Assembly (NCBI GenBank): GCA_934155005.1
Contig: CAKPGR010000004.1
Location: 1-54,368 of the forward strand
Origin: an uncultured Bacilli bacterium
GTDB lineage: Bacteria > Bacillota_I > Bacilli_A > RF39 > UBA660
Direction of reading: 5' to 3'
Length of the DNA: 54,368 nucleotides
Shown piece by piece: positions 1-8,439 of the stretch (positions within the stretch are counted from its first letter, which is position 1; each line of letters starts with the position of its first letter). The position numbers and the translations under genes are program-made. Under the pieces are notes generated by a model that saw nothing but the letters and a program-made list of their open reading frames with translations, searched no databases and was not told the origin of the DNA.

Positions 1-113
1 GCCACTCTTGACTTTTCTATATTATTTATTACTACTGGCGTTGTTATTAATCCTATTATACTTATTACTACTATTACAGCTAGTAATTCTATTAGCGTAA
101 AGCCTCTTTTCAT
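1..113 (-). CDS. prepilin-type N-terminal cleavage/methylation domain protein (5' end only; gene continues left of the window)
   Basis: The reverse complement from 113 reads ATG-MKRGFTLIELLAVIVVISIIGLITTPVVINNIEKSRV. It has the G|FTLIE prepilin motif plus a hydrophobic helix, and a GGTGA RBS lies upstream. Confidence 0.6.
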   Translation of the reverse strand, partial: MKRGFTLIELLAVIVVISIIGLITTPVVINNIEKSRV

Positions 114-130
114 TCTATTCACCTACTTTA

Positions 131-601
131 TTAATTTTCAGTTAAAATATTAAAAATTGATTCTATATCTTCTTTTCCTTCATATTTGTCAGTTATTTTT
201 TTATTTTCTATTTTTAATAATGTTGCTTCTTTAAAGATTGGATAATCTAAATCAAAATTACTTTCATTTGAAACATAATTTTGATTAAATGCTGAATCTA
301 AATCAACATAATAGATTTTTAAAGCATTGTCTATTTTTTGATAATTAGTTATCAAAGTTGAAAAGTCATCAGAACTCTTTGTTGCCAAAACATAATAACT
401 TTCTTCTTTTTGATTATAAATATTCTTAGCTAATATCGTTTCATAATCAATAACAATATCTTCATTTGATGTTGTTTCCTCTTTAGTTTCTTGTTTTTTA
501 TTGTTAGTTATTAAAATTGTCAATCCATAAAAAACAAACAATACAATTAATATTATAATTATAAAAACAAATAATTTTTTTATATCAAATTTTTCTTCCA
601 T
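131..601 (-). CDS. hypothetical membrane-anchored protein (single N-terminal TM, possible Cys-less thioredoxin-like fold)
   Basis: A 156-aa ORF with an N-terminal hydrophobic helix (FVFIIIILIVLFVFYGLTILI). I recognise no family motif. Confidence 0.45.
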   Translation of the reverse strand: MEEKFDIKKLFVFIIIILIVLFVFYGLTILITNNKKQETKEETTSNEDIVIDYETILAKNIYNQKEESYYVLATKSSDDFSTLITNYQKIDNALKIYYVDLDSAFNQNYVSNESNFDLDYPIFKEATLLKIENKKITDKYEGKEDIESIFNILTEN

Positions 602-640
602 ATTATCACCATTTCAATTATAACATATTTTTTTTATGAA

Positions 641-668
641 TAAAATAAAAAGCTACTGTTGTAGCTTT
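641..668 (-). terminator. rho-independent terminator after the lipoprotein gene
   Basis: Stem aaagctac (649-656) pairs with gtagcttt (661-668) around loop tgtt. An A-run on the + strand gives a U-run on the minus-strand RNA. Confidence 0.5.
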
Positions 669-1647
669 ATTTTCCAACTGGAATTGTACTAACAGAGTTA
701 GCAACCTCGAGTAATTCAGCTTTGTCCATAGAATCTGATATAGCATAATATTCAATACCATTACTAGTCCAACTAGCTGTTGTATCGGTTATATTGCCAA
801 TTGAGTCATTAATAAATTCTAAATCTCCATAAACAGGAATCGTTGTATAATCATTACTTAAAGATGCAGATTGTTCAATAATCGTAAAATCCTTATCCCC
901 TGAAAAAGTTAATATTACTCTTTTTCCATTGTCTAATTTATCCTCTGATTTTAAATATGTATTATCAGGTATATATAAAGGATATATAATATCACTTATT
1001 TTAGCAGTTGTTTTTGCACTTTGCGTTGTATTCATATTAGAATCAAGATTAAAATAATTTTTATCAAAATTAGTATCATTTTTAGTTTTATTATAAATCA
1101 TTTTTATTTTAACAATATCTTGTTTATTTAACACTTCTACTTTTGTTATGTTTAAATTTTTATCAACATAAATTTTTTGTTTTATCAAATCTTTATTATT
1201 AGAATAATTAACCGTTGTAGTTATGATATAATTTTTACCTTTTTTGTCACATGTTTTTTTATTATCATTTTTAATATCGTTTAAAAGAGATTGGTATAGA
1301 TAACTTTGCGAATTATTGTATGGCCATTCGCTTTGAAATTTAAAGCTTTTATTTAAAGAAGGAGTCAAAACATATACACCATCACTATTCTTCAAAATAA
1401 TTTGTTCATGACTATTTGTTTGATTTTTTAAATCTACGCGATAATTATCATCTTTTTTATAAGAAACATTTATATCATATTTATAAGTTGTTTCATTATT
1501 AGTAACTTCTAAAATTCCTTCAATGTAATAACTATCCATTTTTTCTAGTTTTTTAGTTAATTTTTTGATAACATCATCTTTTTTTGCAGAGCATCCTGTT
1601 AGAAGAGTTAATCCTATAAGTAAAAATGCCCATAATTTGTTTTTCAT
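667..1647 (-). CDS. lipoprotein, LolA-like / DUF4367-like (YdcC-type sporulation lipoprotein candidate)
   Basis: Signal peptide with lipobox LLTGC|SAKK. The beta-rich sequence resembles LolA-fold lipoproteins. The family call is from memory only. Confidence 0.5.
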   Translation of the reverse strand: MKNKLWAFLLIGLTLLTGCSAKKDDVIKKLTKKLEKMDSYYIEGILEVTNNETTYKYDINVSYKKDDNYRVDLKNQTNSHEQIILKNSDGVYVLTPSLNKSFKFQSEWPYNNSQSYLYQSLLNDIKNDNKKTCDKKGKNYIITTTVNYSNNKDLIKQKIYVDKNLNITKVEVLNKQDIVKIKMIYNKTKNDTNFDKNYFNLDSNMNTTQSAKTTAKISDIIYPLYIPDNTYLKSEDKLDNGKRVILTFSGDKDFTIIEQSASLSNDYTTIPVYGDLEFINDSIGNITDTTASWTSNGIEYYAISDSMDKAELLEVANSVSTIPVGK

Positions 1648-1753
1648 TTGATCACCCCATATATAATTTCTAATTAATTATATTGACAATTATTATCAAT
1701 TATGAATATTTTTTTTATTTTTGTTTATGCTATTAAATAAGAAAGGAGTTAAT

Positions 1754-1960
1754 ATGGAAACAATACAAAAAACAACATTAGTATTTACTATTATAGGAGC
1801 AATAGTATGGTTATTTATTGGATTATTTGATTTCAATATAGTTGATTATATATTTGTAAAGCTTCTTAATATAGATATTTTAACTCGTATAATATATATT
1901 ATAGTTGGTATATGTGGTTTGGTTAATATTGGTCTTCTTTTTAATCATATAGAAAAATAA
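1754..1960 (+). CDS. DUF378 family small membrane protein
   Basis: IGAIVWLFIGLFDFNIVDYIF resembles the DUF378 signature, and there are two TM helices. The start was moved to ATG 1754, behind RBS AAAGGAG (1742-1748). Confidence 0.65.
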   Translation: METIQKTTLVFTIIGAIVWLFIGLFDFNIVDYIFVKLLNIDILTRIIYIIVGICGLVNIGLLFNHIEK

Positions 1961-2031
1961 ATTTTCTAATTTTAATATTTTATATATAATAAATTTAGAG
2001 AAATATTTAACAAATATTAGTTTATTTAAAA

Positions 2032-2051
2032 AATCCCTATTATTAGGGATT
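2032..2051. terminator. bidirectional hairpin terminator shared by convergent genes
   Basis: aatcccta (2032-2039) pairs with tagggatt (2044-2051). It is flanked by an A-run on the left and a T-run on the right, and it overlaps the stop codon at 2050. Confidence 0.5.
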
Positions 2052-2865
2052 ATTTTATTATTGATTTTGAGATTGTTATTACTGGTCGAACACCACGGTT
2101 AATCTCACTAACAGAATTACTGATTAAGTTACCGCCTCCACTAATAACCCATGCAAGAGAGGAACTACCTGTATAGATATTACTTGTCCAATATCCCCAT
2201 GTAACTTGATCTGCATTATTAAAGCATCCATAATCTTTACAGTCACTTCTTGTTCTATCATATAGCCATCCATAATTACTTCTTTTGCTTGTATCACTCC
2301 CATTATTACTTCCAAAATAGAAGATTGTTCTTGCATCCCAGTTTGTATTTTTTGATATCTTTGCTACTTCATTTGCTGTGATTAATCTAGCTCCCACTAC
2401 CCAGTCTTTTGTATCATTAGATAACGTTCTTGCCACTTCATTCATTTCACTGTTATTTCCACTTGAATTATAAGCAACAACAGATGTTGTATTATGATCT
2501 AGTATTAGATTAACAGATGTTGATCCTTCTTCATCATTAAATGTATACCATTTCATACATCCATTTTTTGTTCCTGTTGTTGATACAGCAGAACTTGACG
2601 TGCATTTTTCTCCTGTTGTTGGATTATAGTATATAGCAGTTCCATTTTCATATTTCTTTGTATAATTATTTATTTTGTTATATAAATCATCTAAGGCATT
2701 TTGAAGTGTTGTATTACTTCCTAAGTTAGAGCCTGTTGGAGCACTCACTAATATTCCATTTGCATAAAATTTTGTTCCTGCATACACTCCTACACTTCCA
2801 AATACTATTCCACTTATTATTATTCCAAATATGTTTTTCTTAATTAAATTTAAAAATTTTTTCAT
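2050..2865 (-). CDS. secreted or membrane-anchored C-type-lectin/DUF1566-like protein, paralogue of the DGR target at 53805
   Basis: N-terminal signal anchor. The C-terminus ...GYWTSN...SLAWVISGGGNLISNSVSEINRGVRPVITISKSIIK is homologous along its length to the ORF at 53805 (GCMKWYTFNDEEG, ARLITANEVAKIS, RSNYGWLYDRT). Confidence 0.7.
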   Translation of the reverse strand: MKKFLNLIKKNIFGIIISGIVFGSVGVYAGTKFYANGILVSAPTGSNLGSNTTLQNALDDLYNKINNYTKKYENGTAIYYNPTTGEKCTSSSAVSTTGTKNGCMKWYTFNDEEGSTSVNLILDHNTTSVVAYNSSGNNSEMNEVARTLSNDTKDWVVGARLITANEVAKISKNTNWDARTIFYFGSNNGSDTSKRSNYGWLYDRTRSDCKDYGCFNNADQVTWGYWTSNIYTGSSSLAWVISGGGNLISNSVSEINRGVRPVITISKSIIK

Positions 2866-2905
2866 ACAACTAATCCCTTCTATATAAAAAAAAGAGGGTT
2901 TGTAA

Positions 2906-2915
2906 CCCCCCCCCC
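2906..2915 (-). repeat. homopolymeric G10 tract (C10 on the + strand) 40 nt upstream of the ATG at 2865
   Basis: Read directly: aacccccccccc gac. This is exceptional in such an AT-rich genome. Confidence 0.9.
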
Positions 2916-2971
2916 GACTTGATTTTTCTTGAAGAAAATTCCTTTCAAGTCCATATTATTATTCAAAGCAT

Positions 2972-4315
2972 CTATTTTTTTACAATTTTAATTTTTACTT
3001 TCTTAGTCATCGAACTATATTGAACCTTATTATCAGATCCTTCAACATTTACTTCAACTTCATAATCACCAGCTTCATAGCCATCTAAATCAATATAGGC
3101 AACTATATCATCAGCTGTTATTCCTGAAATTACTGATTCTACACCTTTTAAATTTACTGTAACCTGTGTAGCAGCGCTACTAGTTCCTTGAACTGTATAT
3201 CCATCGGCTAAATTTCTAGATTCAATACTTATATTTTCTATTTTTTTATTAGAAACACTGCCAAGAGAAGCTGTAATTGTTACATTATTAATAGATAATG
3301 ATTTTACTCCTACTGGTTTTTCTAATTCAACTTTATAAGTTTTGTCCTCTTTAAGGTCACTAACATCAATAGTAACTGGAATATATTTTAAATTATTAAG
3401 ACTTTCTACGTCACCATATGCTATAACCTTAGTTTCATTTGAAGTAAGCGAACTTATTGCATAATTACTAGCAACTTCTCCTTTTGGAATTATTTTAATT
3501 GGTAATTCTTTACTTGGAGATGCAATTTCAACATCAACATTTATTGTTTCTGGAACAACCTCAACATCAACTACATCACCATTAGCATCATATGCTTTAA
3601 GCGGTACATCTTTTAAAGTATAAGTTCCTACTTTTTGTTCTGGTAAGTTATTCAAATCAACTAAAGCTTTAACTTCAACTACATTTTTAAGTTGATGTTC
3701 AGCTCCTTTTATAACAACCTTGTCTGTATCATAATTTATATTTTGAACAACTAATTTTGAATCTAAACTATCTTGATTTAACAAATCAACACTTAAAGTT
3801 CTTGTTTCAGATACTTTTTCATATATGATAACAGTTGCAACAGATGGATTAACCATATATTCAATGTTTTTATTATTTTGATTATATTCAATATTTACTT
3901 TATGAGTTCCAGGTTTAAGACCACTTAAATCAACTGTTACATAATGAGAAGATGATTGTTTAGCTATATATAAATCTGTTTTACTTCCTATTAATGTTAT
4001 ATCAATTGTATCAGGCAATCCTTCAACTACATACTTTTCCTCATTATAAATAACCTTAACTTCTTGGTTTTTCAAAACCTCAGCTGTATTATCACTAAAA
4101 ACAATAATTTTTTGATCTATAAATATAAATATTATTACAGCTATAAATAGTGATACAAATAATAAAGTATTAGATTTTGATAACCATTTTTCTAACTTTT
4201 TACCTGATTTATCAAATTTTGAGGTAAAGGCAAGAACTAATTTAGTAATAGGAGTTACTATCCTTTTATCAATGAATTTAAGGATTGAATTAATTATTTT
4301 GTTTTTCTTCTTCAT
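2972..4315 (-). CDS. cdaR: YbbR-domain protein CdaR, regulator of diadenylate cyclase
   Basis: N-terminal TM followed by repeated YbbR-like beta modules, directly downstream of and overlapping cdaA. The start was chosen at ATG 4315, behind GAGGAGG. Confidence 0.8.
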   Translation of the reverse strand: MKKKNKIINSILKFIDKRIVTPITKLVLAFTSKFDKSGKKLEKWLSKSNTLLFVSLFIAVIIFIFIDQKIIVFSDNTAEVLKNQEVKVIYNEEKYVVEGLPDTIDITLIGSKTDLYIAKQSSSHYVTVDLSGLKPGTHKVNIEYNQNNKNIEYMVNPSVATVIIYEKVSETRTLSVDLLNQDSLDSKLVVQNINYDTDKVVIKGAEHQLKNVVEVKALVDLNNLPEQKVGTYTLKDVPLKAYDANGDVVDVEVVPETINVDVEIASPSKELPIKIIPKGEVASNYAISSLTSNETKVIAYGDVESLNNLKYIPVTIDVSDLKEDKTYKVELEKPVGVKSLSINNVTITASLGSVSNKKIENISIESRNLADGYTVQGTSSAATQVTVNLKGVESVISGITADDIVAYIDLDGYEAGDYEVEVNVEGSDNKVQYSSMTKKVKIKIVKK

Positions 4316-5120
4316 CTTTATCCTCCTCTTCATCATAATCAATTAACATAGATTGTTTTGGTTTTAATTCTTCTAAAAGAATCATTTTTACTTCGTCTAA
4401 TGTTAAATTATATTTTAACTCTCCATTTAAAGCAACAGATAATCTTCCTGTTTCTTCAGATACAACTAAAACAATACAATCTCCTGTTTCAGAAATACCA
4501 AGCGCTGCTCTATGTCTTGTTCCAAGTCTTTTACTAATTTTTGTACTATCACTTGTTGGGAATACTGCACCAGCACTAGTAATTTTATCACCTTGAATAA
4601 TAACTCCACCATCATGTAATGGATTATTTGGGAAGAAAATTGATACTAATAAATCACTTGATATATCAGCATAAACTTTTTTAGATCTTTGTATATATTC
4701 AGCTAAACTATTATCTCTCTCAATAACCATTAAAGCACCAATACGTTCTTTTTTTAACACTTCCATAGCGTTTATTATTTCATAAACCATTTTTTCTCTT
4801 TCATCTACTGTAAGCATTTTATGTCTACCAAGTAATTGGCTTCTTCCTAAATGCTCTAAAACATTCCTTATTTCAGGTTGGAATATAACTATCAAAGCAA
4901 GTGGCCCCCATGTAATTACATAGTCTAATAGATATCCGATTGTTACTAAATTAAGCAAATCACTTACAATTTTTAAGGCAATAATAATCAAAATTCCTTT
5001 AAATAAAAGAACCATTTTTACATTTTTTCTTAAATTCTTTAAAATATAATATAAAACTAACCATACTAAAAGAACATCAATTAAATTTCTTATAAAATTA
5101 ACAATATTATCAACTGTCAT
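4290..5120 (-). CDS. cdaA: diadenylate cyclase CdaA (DisA_N domain, three N-terminal TM helices)
   Basis: Motifs DGGVII, RHRAALGISE and VVSEETG, plus the conserved cdaA-cdaR gene order. Confidence 0.9.
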   Translation of the reverse strand: MTVDNIVNFIRNLIDVLLVWLVLYYILKNLRKNVKMVLLFKGILIIIALKIVSDLLNLVTIGYLLDYVITWGPLALIVIFQPEIRNVLEHLGRSQLLGRHKMLTVDEREKMVYEIINAMEVLKKERIGALMVIERDNSLAEYIQRSKKVYADISSDLLVSIFFPNNPLHDGGVIIQGDKITSAGAVFPTSDSTKISKRLGTRHRAALGISETGDCIVLVVSEETGRLSVALNGELKYNLTLDEVKMILLEELKPKQSMLIDYDEEEDKDEEEKQNN

Positions 5121-5192
5121 ATTATCACTCCTATCATCTTTTAAATTATATCACAAACAATAATCTTTTTTTACCCTTTTATGACAATTTCA

Positions 5193-5216
5193 TAAAAAAA
5201 ATGGAACATATCCATT
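5193..5216 (-). terminator. rho-independent terminator
   Basis: aatgga (5200-5205) pairs with tccatt (5211-5216). An A8 run on the + strand gives a U-run on the minus-strand RNA. Confidence 0.5.
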
Positions 5217-5217
5217 T

Positions 5218-5862
5218 TTAAAATTTCCAAACATCATCGTCATCATCAGATAAATCATCAATTTCTTTATCAACCGAATCTATATTTGGCAAATTAAAAT
5301 CGTCTAGTTTTTCAGGTTCATTTTCTTCTACAACTGGTTTATTTTCTTCATTTGATGGTTCAACATTAGTTGTTTCTTCGATTTTAACATCATTTTCTTC
5401 TGGCATTTGAACATTTTGATCACTCATTGGTTCAACAACAGGTTGAATTTCTGATTCTACACTTGGTTCTACATTTTCGACTGTTTGATCTTCTTGATTA
5501 GAAACCATATTATATTGATCATTATTATAAGAATCATCTACATTATATGAAGTATTATCTAAAACATTTTCTTCATTTTGATTTGAATCTAAATTAAAAT
5601 CACTAACACCATCTGTTTCAGGTTCGACATTATTAAAAGTTACATCACTATAATCCATATTTGGAGTAGGTTGTTCACTTGTAACTTCTTCATTTTCTAA
5701 TACTGGTTCTTTTTTATTTTTCTTGTTCTTTTTTACCTTTGGTGTTTTTTCTTTACTACCAAATCCTTGTTTATCAGCAATAAATCCAATTATAGCCATT
5801 AAAATAACTACGGCAATTATTATAATCATAACATAATTTTCCTCAAAGAATGTATAATCCAT
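5218..5862 (-). CDS. hypothetical membrane-anchored, highly acidic low-complexity protein
   Basis: A 214-aa ORF with an N-terminal TM, a Lys-rich linker, a long D/E/N/V-rich tail and a C-terminal DDDDDVWKF. Confidence 0.45.
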   Translation of the reverse strand: MDYTFFEENYVMIIIIAVVILMAIIGFIADKQGFGSKEKTPKVKKNKKNKKEPVLENEEVTSEQPTPNMDYSDVTFNNVEPETDGVSDFNLDSNQNEENVLDNTSYNVDDSYNNDQYNMVSNQEDQTVENVEPSVESEIQPVVEPMSDQNVQMPEENDVKIEETTNVEPSNEENKPVVEENEPEKLDDFNLPNIDSVDKEIDDLSDDDDDVWKF

Positions 5863-5920
5863 AAGTTCCCTCCTATCCTACTATATAGATATAATATCAT
5901 TATTTTATTTTTTTTTCAAC

Positions 5921-6424
5921 TTATTTTAATAAATAATCTTCACCTTTAAATGGTTCTTTAAATAATAAATCTGGATAATTTTGTTGTCTTAAAGCTTCGT
6001 ATACCATAATTGCTACTGAATTAGATAAATTTAAAGCTCTAATATTATCATTCATAGGTATTCTCATACAATGTTCTAAATCAGATTTTAAGATATCCTT
6101 AGGAATACCTGTACTTTCTTTTCCAAATACAAAATAAATATTTTCATCAGTATTATAATTAAAACTTGTATGGGGTTTACTACCATATCTAGTTAAGTAA
6201 TAAAATGTACCTTTATTTTTTTCTTTAAATTCATCATAACTTTTATATACTGTATAATCACATTTATCAATATAATTAACGCCACTTCTTTTTATACTTT
6301 TTTCATCAAGTCTAAATCCTAATGGTTCTATCAAATGAAGTTTAACATTAGTACCAGCACATGTTCTCATAATATTACCAGTGTTCCCAGGTATTTCAGG
6401 TTCATACAAAACAACATTTATCAT
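5921..6424 (-). CDS. trmL: tRNA (cytidine/uridine(34)-2'-O)-methyltransferase TrmL (SpoU/TrmH family)
   Basis: MINVVLYEPEIPGNTGNIMRTCA and NLSNSVAIMVYEALRQ closely match E. coli TrmL as I recall it. Confidence 0.85.
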   Translation of the reverse strand: MINVVLYEPEIPGNTGNIMRTCAGTNVKLHLIEPLGFRLDEKSIKRSGVNYIDKCDYTVYKSYDEFKEKNKGTFYYLTRYGSKPHTSFNYNTDENIYFVFGKESTGIPKDILKSDLEHCMRIPMNDNIRALNLSNSVAIMVYEALRQQNYPDLLFKEPFKGEDYLLK

Positions 6425-6909
6425 TCGTTATAAAAGTCCTTTTCTATATTTTTATCAATATTTTTAACAGAATCTTTATTAATATTTAAAACTTTTACAA
6501 TTTTACCATTTTTAACAATTAAAAGAGTATGATTTTCTTTATTAAAAGTTACATTTTCTTCAAAATAATTTGTTAGATTATCATAAAAATTTTGATCTAA
6601 TTCACTAGTATTTATATAAACAACATCACTTATATATTCTTTTTTTTCTAGTTTTTTAACAAATTCTTTTTCAAGTTCATTGTCATAATTGTTAGATAAA
6701 TATAACATAATATTATGATTTTCTACTAAATAATTATTTAATTCATCTCCTTTTATTTCTGATAAAGTAGAGATTGGACTATTAGTTTCATCTTGATATT
6801 TTTGGTAGTTCTTATAATAATTACAACTTAAAAATAAAGCTACAAGTGTTAGTATAGAAATAACTAAAACAATAAAATAATTTTTTACAGGTATATTTCT
6901 TTTTTTCAT
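6421..6909 (-). CDS. hypothetical membrane-anchored protein, thioredoxin-like fold without CxxC
   Basis: N-terminal TM. The stop overlaps the trmL start by 4 nt. The fold guess rests on sequence pattern only. Confidence 0.4.
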   Translation of the reverse strand: MKKRNIPVKNYFIVLVISILTLVALFLSCNYYKNYQKYQDETNSPISTLSEIKGDELNNYLVENHNIMLYLSNNYDNELEKEFVKKLEKKEYISDVVYINTSELDQNFYDNLTNYFEENVTFNKENHTLLIVKNGKIVKVLNINKDSVKNIDKNIEKDFYNE

Positions 6910-6921
6910 GTTTTCACCTCT

Positions 6922-7902
6922 TTAATATTTTTCTACATTATTATCTATATCATCAATAGTAACAATAGATAATTCAATATTTTCTTCTTTTGCTAGTTCT
7001 TGAAATTTTTCTCTAAATACAGTTAATTCTTTAACTATACTATCAGGATAAATTCTTTTAGAGTTTTTTATAGCATTATAAACATCTAATAAATTAACTT
7101 CATTTCTATTTTGGAATAGAGCCTCTGAAAAAGCCCCAGTTAAAACAGAAAAAGCAACATCTGGGTACATAGCTGATAATCCATATACTCTTTTAAATTC
7201 TGATGTAGCACTTACAATCGATTCAATTAACATTTTTGTAACATATTCATTATATTTAAATTTACATCCTGTTTGTTTTTCAATTTTTGGAAGAGAACCC
7301 ATTAATATTTTAACAGTTGTTTCTTCATTAGGTTCTTCAACATCAACACGTTCGAATCTTCTTAAAAAAGCCCTATCTTTTATAACATATGTTTCATACT
7401 CACTTGTTGTTGTAGCACCTATTGCTTTAATATCTCCACGATCAAGTCCTGGCTTTAAAATATTAGCCAAATCCATTGGCCCATCTTTATCGCCGCCAAT
7501 TAAAGTATGAATTTCATCAATAAAAATAATTACTTTTGACATTTGTTTTAACTCTTGTACTAATAATTGAATTATAAGTTCTTCTCTACCATCAATAGTA
7601 ATTTTACCAACTAAAGATGTTGAATTTAATTTTATAATACGATAATTTTTTAAAACATCTGGCACTTCATTTTTTTGAATCAAATATGCTAATCCTTCAA
7701 CTATGGCAGTTTTACCTATTCCAGCTTTACCAACAAGAAGTCCTGACTTTTCAGGAGTAAGTAATATCATTATTAATTTTTTTAGTTCTAATTCCCTAGC
7801 AATAGCTGGATTCGTAATATATTCTTTTTTTGTTAAATCCTCACCATATTTTTCAATAACATTAAATGTATCACTAAAATCTAATGTTTCTATTTCTTCC
7901 AT
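6922..7902 (-). CDS. stand-alone AAA+ ATPase resembling the D1 module of ClpA/ClpB/ClpC
   Basis: Walker A GKAGIGKTAIVEGLA, Walker B IIFIDEIHTLIGG, and GATTTSEY...KDRAFLRRF. There is no N-domain, middle domain or D2. Confidence 0.7.
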   Translation of the reverse strand: MEEIETLDFSDTFNVIEKYGEDLTKKEYITNPAIARELELKKLIMILLTPEKSGLLVGKAGIGKTAIVEGLAYLIQKNEVPDVLKNYRIIKLNSTSLVGKITIDGREELIIQLLVQELKQMSKVIIFIDEIHTLIGGDKDGPMDLANILKPGLDRGDIKAIGATTTSEYETYVIKDRAFLRRFERVDVEEPNEETTVKILMGSLPKIEKQTGCKFKYNEYVTKMLIESIVSATSEFKRVYGLSAMYPDVAFSVLTGAFSEALFQNRNEVNLLDVYNAIKNSKRIYPDSIVKELTVFREKFQELAKEENIELSIVTIDDIDNNVEKY

Positions 7903-8369
7903 TACTTTTCCTCCAAGTATCCAATTTCAACTAAAAAATCAATGATATCTTGTTCATCTTTATCACCAATCATTTTTTCATCAACAGATCCATCTTTTAC
8001 AAAAACTGTTGTTGGTGTACCACTAATAAAAGTTTTATTTTTTACAACAGCATACTCTTTTTCACTTAAATTAGCTAAATTTAGTCCATATATTGTTAAA
8101 TCAAACTCTTTTATAATATTATTTAATTTTGGCTCAAATGACTCACAATGTGAACAACCTGTTTGATATAGAAGTAAAACAAATGATTCCTTATTTTCTA
8201 ATTTCTTAGTATATTCATCATAAGTAATATCAACTTTTTCCGTTTTATTTTTTTTATCACTTACACTGATGTTGTTTTCTTCCTTCACATGATAATTACT
8301 ATAAGCACCACCACAACCTGTGAATATTAAAATTCCTATTAAGCTCATTATTATTAAATTCTTTTTCAT
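7902..8369 (-). CDS. thioredoxin-family lipoprotein
   Basis: Lipobox IFTGC|GG and redox motif CSHC. The start was moved to ATG 8369, behind GGTGA. The stop overlaps the next start as TAATG. Confidence 0.7.
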   Translation of the reverse strand: MKKNLIIMSLIGILIFTGCGGAYSNYHVKEENNISVSDKKNKTEKVDITYDEYTKKLENKESFVLLLYQTGCSHCESFEPKLNNIIKEFDLTIYGLNLANLSEKEYAVVKNKTFISGTPTTVFVKDGSVDEKMIGDKDEQDIIDFLVEIGYLEEK

Positions 8370-8439
8370 ATCATCACCAATTTTATTATACACTAATTTA
8401 AATTTTAAATAAAGACTAAAAAAAGATTATTTCTAATCC

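Noticed and set aside
2082-2160. The C-terminal segment of the 2050-2865 paralogue as a second active VR of the TR at 53557-53643.
   Set aside because: By hand count, 11 of the 23 differences from the TR fall on non-adenine positions, and its 3' end is IMH*-like rather than IMH-like. It is therefore reported as a decayed or foreign-TR paralogue instead.
5218-5862. The acidic low-complexity protein as a repeat-containing or contingency locus.
   Set aside because: I could discern no exact DNA-level tandem repeats. The bias looks compositional (D/E/N/V-rich) rather than a slippage-prone repeat array.
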